This document shows positions 27,289 through 34,562 of a DNA stretch of 64,000 nt, piece by piece. The DNA is from Candidatus Saccharimonadales bacterium. Its GTDB lineage: Bacteria; Patescibacteriota; Saccharimonadia; Saccharimonadales; UBA10212. The stretch is taken from positions 162,717 through 226,716 of the forward strand of contig JBEKOJ010000001.1 of the NCBI GenBank assembly GCA_049521895.1, read 5' to 3'. The notes beneath the pieces were generated by a model that saw only the letters and a list, made by a program, of their open reading frames with translations, made no database searches and was not told where the DNA came from. Both the position numbers and the translations under genes were made by a program. Numbering within the stretch: the first letter of the stretch is position 1; every line of letters starts with the position of its first letter.

Positions 27289-27906
27289 TTAGCGTGAATA
27301 ATACTCTACGACTAGTTGCTCTTTAATATCCGGTTCGGCATCATCCCTGGTTGGCATACCAGAAACGGTAATTTCCAGGTTTTTGCGGTTAACTTTCATC
27401 CAAGCTGGAATAGCCGGTGGCGCAGGGCTGGTTTCATCCAATCGCTTAAAATAATCGTTGCTTTTGCTTTTGTCCCTCAGGCTAATCTGATCGCCGACAG
27501 TTACTCTAATAGATGGAATATCTACCCGACGGCCGTTAAACATAAAGTGGCCGTGTGTAACCAGCTGGCGGGCAGACCGACGTGACGGGGCAAGACCGGC
27601 ACGATAAATTACGTTATCCAAGCGACGTTCTAGGTATTGCAGCAAGGTGGCGCCAGATTGGCCAGTAGTTTTAGTGGCTTCGCTCATTAATTTAGCAAAC
27701 TGGCGTTCTAGCAGACCGTAAAGCCTTTTAATTTTTTGTTTTTCACGCAGCTGCAAGGAATACTGGCTAGCCTTACCCCTGGGGCGGTAGTTGGCTGCCT
27801 GGCCCGGCAATGTAGTTCGTTTAACTAAAGCTTTGTGAGCCTTGGGGTGCAGCGCGTAACCTTCTCGACGCGAACGCTTAACTATGGATTGCAAATCTCT
27901 AGCCAT
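27289..27906 (-). CDS. rpsD: 30S ribosomal protein uS4
   Basis: ..QYSLQLREKQKIKRLYGLLERQF.. plus the S4 domain ..LDNVIYRAGLAPSRRSARQLVTHGH... Confidence 0.96.
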   Translation of the reverse strand: MARDLQSIVKRSRREGYALHPKAHKALVKRTTLPGQAANYRPRGKASQYSLQLREKQKIKRLYGLLERQFAKLMSEATKTTGQSGATLLQYLERRLDNVIYRAGLAPSRRSARQLVTHGHFMFNGRRVDIPSIRVTVGDQISLRDKSKSNDYFKRLDETSPAPPAIPAWMKVNRKNLEITVSGMPTRDDAEPDIKEQLVVEYYSR

Positions 27907-27926
27907 TACAGACCTCCTTCGGAGGT

Positions 27927-28038
27927 AATTATCAATTTACAATTATCAATTCTCAATAATTTAGCATCTGTCATCTGCCATTGATCAAATGAAAAATGTG
28001 AAATTAATGGTAAATGGTAAATGGGATATGGTAAATGG
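27927..28038. repeat. Low-complexity quasi-palindromic spacer repeat, family A (about 85% identical to 34041-34138)
   Basis: Reads attatcaattctcaataatttagcat...gccattgatcaaatgaaaaatgtgaaattaatggtaaatggtaaatgggatatggtaaatgg. Confidence 0.7.
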
Positions 28039-28051
28039 ATGCGCAGCATCA

Positions 28052-28534
28052 TTAGGTTCTCCGAGCCTTTCGTGGACGCACGCCACCGTGGGCGATACTA
28101 GTTACGTCTTTAATCCCTTCAACCTCAATCTTCTGGTTTATCAGGGTTCTAACAGCCGCTTCACGGCCCAGGCCAATGCCCTTGATGAGTACTTCCAACT
28201 TACTGATGCCATAGTTTTGTTTGGCGGTATCTATAGCCTTTTCAGCAGCGATTTGCGCGGCGTAAGCAGTGCCTTTTTTGGAACCACGGAAGCCGGAACT
28301 GCCAGCGCTGGCACTTGACAAGACATTACCTTTGGGATCAGTGATGGTAACAATGGTGTTATTGAAGCTTGCTAAGATGTGGGCTTGACCCTGCGGCACA
28401 GAACGCTTAGCCCGCGATTTTTTAGGCTTAGCGACGGGAGTTGGCACTTCTATAGCTTTAGCATTATCAGTCTCAATAGTTTCTGCGACTGCGGGTTCTT
28501 TCATTTCTTTAGTCTTTACTTCTTCTTTAGCCAT
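28052..28534 (-). CDS. rpsK: 30S ribosomal protein uS11 with about 35-aa N-terminal extension
   Basis: ..GQAHILASFNNTIVTITDPKGNVLSSASAG..GSKKGTAYAAQ.. is canonical uS11. Confidence 0.95.
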   Translation of the reverse strand: MAKEEVKTKEMKEPAVAETIETDNAKAIEVPTPVAKPKKSRAKRSVPQGQAHILASFNNTIVTITDPKGNVLSSASAGSSGFRGSKKGTAYAAQIAAEKAIDTAKQNYGISKLEVLIKGIGLGREAAVRTLINQKIEVEGIKDVTSIAHGGVRPRKARRT

Positions 28535-28537
28535 AAT

Positions 28538-28924
28538 TTATGTCTTGCTTGGCGCTTTTCTCGCAGTACCACTAACGGTCACCTTCTTGCCGCGGCGAGT
28601 TCTAGCATTAGTCCGAGTTCGTTGGCCACGGCTTGGCAAGTTGGCGCTGTGGCGTAAGCCGCGATAAGTCCCAATGTCTTTAAGCCGTTTAATATTGCCA
28701 GTAACGATACGTTGCAGCTCGCCTTCTACCGTATAGTTATTGGTAATAACCTCCTGTAAACGGGAGATTTCGCTGTCAGTAAGGTCTTTAACACGTACAG
28801 TTGGTTCAATATTGGCGCTGTCTAGGATATTAGTGCTCAGCTTGGGGCCAATGCCGTAAATATAGGTTAAAGCTACCCACACTTGTTTGCCATCAGGAAT
28901 CGTTACACCAGATATCCGCGCCAC
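28538..28924 (-). CDS. rpsM: 30S ribosomal protein uS13 (GTG start)
   Basis: (M)ARISGVTIPDGKQVWVALTYIYGIG.. matches the uS13 N-terminus. GAGAGG lies 6 nt upstream of the GTG at 28924. The ORF-track ATG at 28960 lies inside a 14-nt tandem duplication. Confidence 0.85.
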   Translation of the reverse strand: MARISGVTIPDGKQVWVALTYIYGIGPKLSTNILDSANIEPTVRVKDLTDSEISRLQEVITNNYTVEGELQRIVTGNIKRLKDIGTYRGLRHSANLPSRGQRTRTNARTRRGKKVTVSGTARKAPSKT

Positions 28925-28960
28925 TAAAAGCCTCTCGTGGATATATTTATCATTGAGCAT

Positions 28961-29083
28961 TTATCATTGAGCATTGATTTAACAGGTAGCATTTGACATT
29001 GTTCGGAATTGCTAAATGAGAAATGAGAAATAAATGGTAAATGTGAATTGGTAAATGTGAATTGGAGCAATTTCATTGCGACT
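28961..29083. repeat. Low-complexity spacer repeat, family A variant
   Basis: Contains aggtagcatttgacattg and aaatgagaaatgagaaataaatggtaaatgtgaattggtaaatgtgaattgg. A tandem atttatcattgagc x2 sits at 28945-28972. Confidence 0.6.
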
Positions 29084-29200
29084 TTAGCCTTGCCTCTGCT
29101 TATGACGCGGCTTTAGCTTGTTGATGATATAAACCCGGCCTTTGCGGCGGACGATTTTATCATCGGGACTAATTTTCTTTACGCTGGCACGCACTTTCAT
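29084..29200 (-). CDS. rpmJ: 50S ribosomal protein bL36 (Cys-less, zinc-independent type)
   Basis: Not in the ORF track because it is under 60 aa. Manual translation gives [38 protein letters not shown], and AAGGAGGA lies upstream. Confidence 0.9.
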   Translation of the reverse strand: MKVRASVKKISPDDKIVRRKGRVYIINKLKPRHKQRQG

Positions 29201-29248
29201 GCGGATCATCCTCCTTAACTTAGATGACACACTGCTTTATATATAGAA

Positions 29249-29470
29249 CTAGTTTTCGCGGTAAGTTATCCGACCCTTCGTCAGATCGTAAGGTGTCAAT
29301 TCTACCTTAACGCGGTCTCCTGGCACGAGACGGATATAGTGCTTTCGCATCCTGCCGGCGACATGAGCTATGATTTTATGTCCATTCTCCAGCTCGACTC
29401 GAAACTGTGTGCCGGGTAAGGCTTCGACCACTGTTCCGGTCAGCTCGATAACTTGCTTTTCCTTGGGCAT
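29249..29470 (-). CDS. infA: Translation initiation factor IF-1
   Basis: 73 aa. ..[60 protein letters not shown]. Confidence 0.97.
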   Translation of the reverse strand: MPKEKQVIELTGTVVEALPGTQFRVELENGHKIIAHVAGRMRKHYIRLVPGDRVKVELTPYDLTKGRITYREN

Positions 29471-29488
29471 AAAATATAACTTGTTGTA

Positions 29489-29497
29489 ATTATAGCA
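29489..29497 (-). promoter_or_regulatory. Extended -10 (TGCTATAAT) upstream of infA
   Basis: The minus strand reads cTGCTATAATtacaacaagttatattttATG, giving an 18-nt A/U-rich leader without SD. Confidence 0.4.
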
Positions 29498-29556
29498 GAT
29501 ACGAGAAGTGTATGTAAAGAGTTTTAGAAACGACCATTAACACGAATTGGGCCTGT

Positions 29557-31083
29557 TTATTTCTTGCGGCGGGGGAGACCAATATGAGGGATAAACCGCA
29601 GTCTCTTGGCGCCTAGCGCGGCCGTGCCACCAGGCCCCGGTTCGTAAAAATAATCCGGCTGTTCATACTGATCGTAGGTAATCATCAACGCGCGAGATTC
29701 TACCTGGCGCATAGTTTCCAGCGATACGGATACCAGGATCAAAATACTAGTACCGCCAATAGCAATATTTTGGTTGATGTACACCTGCGCGATGATGGGT
29801 AGTACTGCTAACAACCCTAGTGCAGTAGCCCCAAATAGCGTAAGCCGGTTAACTATATGGCTAAGATACTTTTCTGTTTGTTTGCCAGAGCGGACATCAG
29901 CAATAAATCCGCCTTGTTTTTGCAGATTTTCGGCAATCTCCTTAGAGTTGAAAGTAACACTGGTATAAAAATAGGTAAATACAAACACTAAAAAGAAGTA
30001 GGTGCCCGGATATATCCAAGCTTTCCAGCCCTCGGTTGCAAAAGTAAGCCTGGACGGCGTCTGGAATAGCTGGCTTAAGCTTACGCCTATATGTTGCCAG
30101 TGGGTCGTGGCCACAAATTCTATCCCCTTCCCGTGCGTTAAAATTTGCCCAAGAAAATTAGGTACACTCAAAAAAGCCACGGCAAAGATAATAGGAATAA
30201 CACCGGCAGTAATAAGTTTAACTGGTAGGGTGGTAGTGACGCCGCCATAAGTGCGGTTCCCTTGCACGCGTTTGGCATAGTTGACAGTTAAGCGTCTGGA
30301 GGCCTCGTTAAGTTTGACTACCGCCCATGTCACAAATAGCGTAGCAAATGTAACGATAGCGAATACAAGCAAACCATGCCGGCTGAAATGGCGGTGAAAA
30401 ATCGTAACTTTATCGGCGACAACGCTGCTACTATAGGCCGTGACGCCCCAGATTTCGTGAATCAAGGTTGGCAGCCGGCTGACGATGCCTACGGTAATCA
30501 GCAACGATATACCGTTGCCAATAGACCGCTCGGTAATCAGCTCGCCCAGCCACATCAATACCATAGCGCCACCGGTTAGAGCGGCGATCATCAAAACCCA
30601 CTGAATCATAGAGGTGCTAGACGTTATGTCGCCTAAGCCGCCCAAACTCTGAGCCTCCTGACGGATAAGGTAAATCATGCCGACTGACTGAATTACTGCA
30701 AGCGGGAAAGTCAGCATTCGGGTGTACTGGTTGATTTTTTTGCGACCGTATTCGCCCTCCTTATTCATGTTTTCCAGCTTAGGAATAGCTTTGGTGAGCA
30801 ACTGCATGATAATGCTGGCGTTAATGTACGGCGCCAAACCAACCAGCATAATAGAAAAGTTGGCTAGCGCGCCGCCGGACAGTACATTCAAAAAGCCCAG
30901 CAATTGGTTAGAATTGGTCTGGTTAAACAAATTCTGCAGAACTTGCTTTAGGGTGTGGGGATCACTAAGCGGCACGGGAACGTGCGCCATGATGCGGAAA
31001 ACCAGCAGCATACCCAAAACCGCCAAAATGCGGTTGCGCATCTCTTTATGGCCCAACGATTTGAGAATTATGCCCCAGTTCAC
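29557..31083 (-). CDS. secY: Preprotein translocase subunit SecY (extended C-terminus)
   Basis: 508 aa with 10 TM segments and SecY motifs (..LGMLLVFRIMAHVPVP.., ..GGTSILILVSVSLETMRQVES..). Confidence 0.95.
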   Translation of the reverse strand: MNWGIILKSLGHKEMRNRILAVLGMLLVFRIMAHVPVPLSDPHTLKQVLQNLFNQTNSNQLLGFLNVLSGGALANFSIMLVGLAPYINASIIMQLLTKAIPKLENMNKEGEYGRKKINQYTRMLTFPLAVIQSVGMIYLIRQEAQSLGGLGDITSSTSMIQWVLMIAALTGGAMVLMWLGELITERSIGNGISLLITVGIVSRLPTLIHEIWGVTAYSSSVVADKVTIFHRHFSRHGLLVFAIVTFATLFVTWAVVKLNEASRRLTVNYAKRVQGNRTYGGVTTTLPVKLITAGVIPIIFAVAFLSVPNFLGQILTHGKGIEFVATTHWQHIGVSLSQLFQTPSRLTFATEGWKAWIYPGTYFFLVFVFTYFYTSVTFNSKEIAENLQKQGGFIADVRSGKQTEKYLSHIVNRLTLFGATALGLLAVLPIIAQVYINQNIAIGGTSILILVSVSLETMRQVESRALMITYDQYEQPDYFYEPGPGGTAALGAKRLRFIPHIGLPRRKK

Positions 31084-31119
31084 TGGCTAATAGTATACAG
31101 CAGGGGGTAGATTTTTGAC

Positions 31120-31470
31120 TTAAGTTTTGGCGGTTTTTTGCTTGACGCGAGCCAAGCGTCCAACTTCGGTAAAACTGCCACCAGCCTTCCCGGCAGTAGA
31201 GCTTCGAGTGCCAAACGAACCAGACATGGAATTGTAAGAGCTTAACATTCGATTGAGTGATCTTCGTCCGACGCTAGTTTTAAAATAGCCCTCTCGTCGT
31301 TTGGCATCATCAAAGTTAAGATGTGCTTCATAGTAGATTAACTTCCAGTTATTTGGAGATTTAGTAGAGAAGTTTTGGCCAGCATTATGTTCCCTGACTC
31401 TCTTTCGCAGATTATTCGTCCGACCAATGTAACGGTTCGCACCATTCTCTAGTACGTACACGTAATACAT
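31120..31470 (-). CDS. GIY-YIG (URI) domain protein, YhbQ/UPF0213-like
   Basis: MYYVYVLENGANRYIGRTNNLRKRVREHN.. is the GIY..YIG..R..E..N pattern. It lies between rplO and secY. Confidence 0.8.
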   Translation of the reverse strand: MYYVYVLENGANRYIGRTNNLRKRVREHNAGQNFSTKSPNNWKLIYYEAHLNFDDAKRREGYFKTSVGRRSLNRMLSSYNSMSGSFGTRSSTAGKAGGSFTEVGRLARVKQKTAKT

Positions 31471-31485
31471 AATGCTCTCGAAGTC

Positions 31486-31950
31486 TCACTGCCGGGTTTT
31501 TTTGGCTCTTGCAAGCTGTTGAGTGATTGTAAGTGTACCCCCAGCTTGCTCCACAGCCTTGCGGGCCGACATGCTGGCAGCTTGGAGCTTAACATCTTTA
31601 TGAGTCTTAAGATCGCCCTTGGTAATAAGTTTGACCCTGACATACGGATTGCTTATAAGGCCAGCCTCGGCTAAAACAGTAGTATCAATAATGGTTTTTT
31701 TGATGGCATCCAGCTGCCCGGTATAGACGTCTTTAGTGAGCGCGCGATGACTTTTAAAGCCGCGCAATTTGGGTATGCGCATATAAAGTGGCATCTGGCC
31801 GCCCTCAAAGCCCGGCCGCACTCCACCGCTCTTGCGCGCGCCTTGGCCTTTTGTACCGCGGCCAGCAGTTTTACCCTTGCCGGCGGCAATACCACGGCCA
31901 GCACGGGTGGTATGCTTTTGGCGTTTTAAGATTAGTTCGTTATATTTCAT
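31486..31950 (-). CDS. rplO: 50S ribosomal protein uL15
   Basis: MKYNELILKRQKHTTRAGRGIAAGKGKTAGRGTKGQGARKSGGVRPGFEGGQMPL.. is canonical uL15. I chose the ATG at 31950 so the gene does not overlap rpsE. Confidence 0.93.
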   Translation of the reverse strand: MKYNELILKRQKHTTRAGRGIAAGKGKTAGRGTKGQGARKSGGVRPGFEGGQMPLYMRIPKLRGFKSHRALTKDVYTGQLDAIKKTIIDTTVLAEAGLISNPYVRVKLITKGDLKTHKDVKLQAASMSARKAVEQAGGTLTITQQLARAKKTRQ

Positions 31951-31954
31951 GTCT

Positions 31955-32512
31955 CTAAGCCTTTGAGCTGGTCCTGGCTTCAGCTGTCTTAGACGCATTA
32001 AAGCGGCGGGTGATCCATTTCTCAGCCGGCTCCATGGATTTTAGGGCAGCCAGTGTTGCATAGGCAGTGTTCAATCGATTACCCGAACCCACAGATTTAC
32101 TTAGAGCGTTCTCGAAACCGGCGACTTCCAGCACAGTACGCACAACGCCCCCTGCTATCAAGCCAGTACCCGGCGCAGCCGGCATAATCAGAATGCGGGC
32201 TCCACCAACCTTACCTAGAACTTCGTGAGTTAGCGTGCCGTTGTGCATGGGCAGATCTACAAGATTTTTTTTGGCTGCATCGGTAGCCTTGTTAACAGCA
32301 GCTGTAACGTCGGCGCCCTTGCCTATGCCGATGCCTACGCGACCTTTATGGTCACCGAGGGTTACTAGCGCCTGGAAGCGAAAACGTCGGCCGCCCTTAA
32401 CCACGCGCGCTACTCGATTAACATGAACTACACGCTCATCAAATTGTTTTTCCTCAGCGCCTGGCAAAGTACTATCCCTGCGAGGTCGATTATCATAACT
32501 ATTATTAGCCAT
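31955..32512 (-). CDS. rpsE: 30S ribosomal protein uS5
   Basis: ..VVHVNRVARVVKGGRRFRFQALVTLGDHKGRVGIGIGKG.. is canonical uS5. Confidence 0.96.
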   Translation of the reverse strand: MANNSYDNRPRRDSTLPGAEEKQFDERVVHVNRVARVVKGGRRFRFQALVTLGDHKGRVGIGIGKGADVTAAVNKATDAAKKNLVDLPMHNGTLTHEVLGKVGGARILIMPAAPGTGLIAGGVVRTVLEVAGFENALSKSVGSGNRLNTAYATLAALKSMEPAEKWITRRFNASKTAEARTSSKA

Positions 32513-32514
32513 GA

Positions 32515-32868
32515 TTAAAATTCCAATCCCTCTGCCCGGGCGGCGTCGGCCAGACTTTTAATGCGGCCATGGTACTTGTGGCTGCCGCGATCCAAGACAA
32601 CCTTTTTGACCTTAGCTTTCTTGGCTTTATCGGCGATCTCTTGGCCAACGAGGGCTGCCTTTGCGGTCATACTGCCGGTTAATTGACGACCAACGGTAGT
32701 AACATAAGCCAACGTAATGGCCTTACTATCATCTATAAGTTGAGCACTGATGTGCAGATTGCTAAAATGCACAGAAAGCCGTGGCCTCTCAGCAGTACCA
32801 ATAATGCGGGATCTGACCCGGTGAGCCCGGCGCTGTGCGGTAAGTTGTTTTTTAGTTAGTGTGTCCAT
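32515..32868 (-). CDS. rplR: 50S ribosomal protein uL18
   Basis: ..RRAHRVRSRIIGTAERPRLSVHFSNLHISAQLID.. and ..YHGRIKSLADAAREGGLEF-like C-terminus. Confidence 0.95.
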   Translation of the reverse strand: MDTLTKKQLTAQRRAHRVRSRIIGTAERPRLSVHFSNLHISAQLIDDSKAITLAYVTTVGRQLTGSMTAKAALVGQEIADKAKKAKVKKVVLDRGSHKYHGRIKSLADAARAEGLEF

Positions 32869-32873
32869 GATTT

Positions 32874-33413
32874 TTATGCCTCCTTACCGCTCTTACCGCT
32901 CTTGCGCAGGATGCGCTCGTCGATATACTTGATACCTTTGCCTTTATAGGGCTCGGGCTTCTTGAGAGCTCGGATTTCGGCGGCTACCTGTCCTACTTGC
33001 TGCTTATTTATGCCTGAAACTGTGATAACGTTCTGTTCTATGCCAATTTGGATGCCAGTTGGTACTTTATATACTACTTCGTGCGAAAATCCAAGATTAA
33101 ACTTTAAATTGATACCAGCTTGCTGCACGCGGTAACCAACGCCGTTAAGCTCCAGCTTCTTTTCAAAACCCTGGCTAACGCCAGCGACCATATTATTGAG
33201 CAGAGCACGCATTAGACCGTGGTTAGCGCGGGTAGCAGCCTGGTTGTCGGCTCGCTCTACTTGCACTAGGCCATTTTTGCTGACCACAGAAATACCGGGA
33301 AGATTAAATTGTTCGAGTTCTCCCTTGGGGCCGGTTACGGTCACAAAATGCTGGTCAGCAGTCACGTTGACACCACCAGGTAATGTAATCGGCATTTTTC
33401 CTATTCGACTCAT
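32874..33413 (-). CDS. rplF: 50S ribosomal protein uL6
   Basis: MSRIGKMPITLPGGVNV.. and ..PEPYKGKGIKY.. are canonical uL6. Confidence 0.96.
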   Translation of the reverse strand: MSRIGKMPITLPGGVNVTADQHFVTVTGPKGELEQFNLPGISVVSKNGLVQVERADNQAATRANHGLMRALLNNMVAGVSQGFEKKLELNGVGYRVQQAGINLKFNLGFSHEVVYKVPTGIQIGIEQNVITVSGINKQQVGQVAAEIRALKKPEPYKGKGIKYIDERILRKSGKSGKEA

Positions 33414-33435
33414 TACGCAACCTCCGGTTGCTTTA

Positions 33436-33515
33436 GTAAAAAGTAAAAAGTAAAAAGTAAAAAGCTAACAGCGGCATATGGTGGCTGCTTGTTGCCTTTT
33501 ACTTGTTGCCTGTTG
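33436..33515. repeat. Low-complexity quasi-palindromic spacer repeat, family C, with (GTAAAAA)x4
   Basis: GTAAAAAGTAAAAAGTAAAAAGTAAAAAgctaacagc faces gctgcttgttgccttttacttgttgcctgttgc. Confidence 0.65.
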
Positions 33516-33538
33516 CTAAAAATGCAAAGCATTTTTAG
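33516..33538. other. A/T hairpin CTAAAAATGC-aaa-GCATTTTTAG overlapping the rpsH stop codon
   Basis: A perfect 10-bp palindrome, the same as at the rpoA stop except the loop is complemented. Confidence 0.6.
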
Positions 33539-33924
33539 TAGACCTCGCAGATTAGTTCGCCACCAATTTTTTTGGCGCGGGCCTGGTCACCAGTCATAAT
33601 CCCACGGGAAGTGGATAGTATTACTAAACCACGGCCACCTTTGACCTTAGGAATGGCATCGGCTCTTACATATAGGCGGCGACCCGGAGTACTAAGACGT
33701 GAGACCTCACTGATAGCCGCATTGCTATCTTCTGTCCGGATTGCTACCTCTAGCTGTTTGTGGCCCCCGGCCTCAACTACTTTAACGGATTGCAAAAAAC
33801 CATTTTCTGCCAGAAGTTCAGCAACCGCTTGTTTGATTTTTGAGTGCGGCAAGTTAACTGCGGTCTTGCCTGCGGCAATAGCATTACGAATACGACTAAG
33901 CATATCAGCGATGGGGTCTGTCAT
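33535..33924 (-). CDS. rpsH: 30S ribosomal protein uS8
   Basis: MTDPIADMLSRIRNA.. is the canonical uS8 N-terminus. I prefer the ATG at 33924 (GGAGG 5 nt upstream) to the GTG at 33930. Confidence 0.93.
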   Translation of the reverse strand: MTDPIADMLSRIRNAIAAGKTAVNLPHSKIKQAVAELLAENGFLQSVKVVEAGGHKQLEVAIRTEDSNAAISEVSRLSTPGRRLYVRADAIPKVKGGRGLVILSTSRGIMTGDQARAKKIGGELICEVY

Positions 33925-34040
33925 ACGCACCTCCGGTGCTCAATTTTCAATTTACAATTATATAGCTTCAAGCCAGGCTGGCTTTTATTTTTAAGGCTGG
34001 CCAGCTTGGTTTTGGCATATAATGCTTCCTTATCGGTCAC

Positions 34041-34138
34041 ATTATCAATTTTCAATAATTTAGCATTTAGTAATTGGCCATTGGTAAATGACAAATGAGA
34101 AATTAATGTGAAATGGTAAATGGGATATGGTAAATGGG
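34041..34138. repeat. Low-complexity quasi-palindromic spacer repeat, family A (about 85% identical to 27941-28038)
   Basis: Reads attatcaattttcaataatttagcatttagtaattggccattggtaaatgacaaatgagaaattaatgtgaaatggtaaatgggatatggtaaatggg. Confidence 0.7.
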
Positions 34139-34159
34139 ATGACATAGTCATTTTATCTC

Positions 34160-34429
34160 CTACCAACTGCTCTTAGTTACGCCCGGTATCTCACCCTTGG
34201 AAGCGTGCTCACGGAAGGCGATACGGCTTAAGCCGAACTGACGCATATAACCGCGCGAGCGGCCGGTCTCGGCACAGCGGTTCTTGCGGCGGGTAGGGCT
34301 GGAATTGCGCGGTAACAGATGAAGACCTTCATAATTGCCGGCGGCCTTAAGCTCAGCCCGCTTAACGGCATACTGGTCGATCATCCTTAGGCGCTTGGCA
34401 TCGCGCGCTAATACAGATTTCTTGGCCAT
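34160..34429 (-). CDS. rpsN: 30S ribosomal protein uS14 (long, non-zinc type)
   Basis: [13 protein letters not shown].. with the C-terminus ..[21 protein letters not shown] is canonical uS14. Confidence 0.95.
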   Translation of the reverse strand: MAKKSVLARDAKRLRMIDQYAVKRAELKAAGNYEGLHLLPRNSSPTRRKNRCAETGRSRGYMRQFGLSRIAFREHASKGEIPGVTKSSW

Positions 34430-34562
34430 TATTTGCGCCCTCCGGGCTTATGAAGACAACCTACGGTTTTCCTCATCGAACCTTTTGGAATAAATCCAAA
34501 TTCGCCTCGCGAACCGGTTATACTCTTTTCCCTTAGGTTAACTACTACTGTAAATGATTTCA
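34430..34562 (-). promoter_or_regulatory. Structured intercistronic leader upstream of rpsN (paralog of the rplB leader)
   Basis: The minus strand reads TAAGGGAAAAGAG..hairpin..CGATGAGGAAAACCGTAGGTTGTCTTCATAAGCCCGGAGGGCGCAAATAATG. Compare 39349-39460. Confidence 0.45.

Noticed and set aside
33940-34040. Plus-strand terminator-like hairpin AGCCA-ggc-TGGCT followed by TTTATTTTT, and a TATAAT box, in the rpsN/rpsH spacer.
   Set aside because: There is no plus-strand gene on either side. It might block antisense transcription, but I cannot support a specific call from sequence alone.
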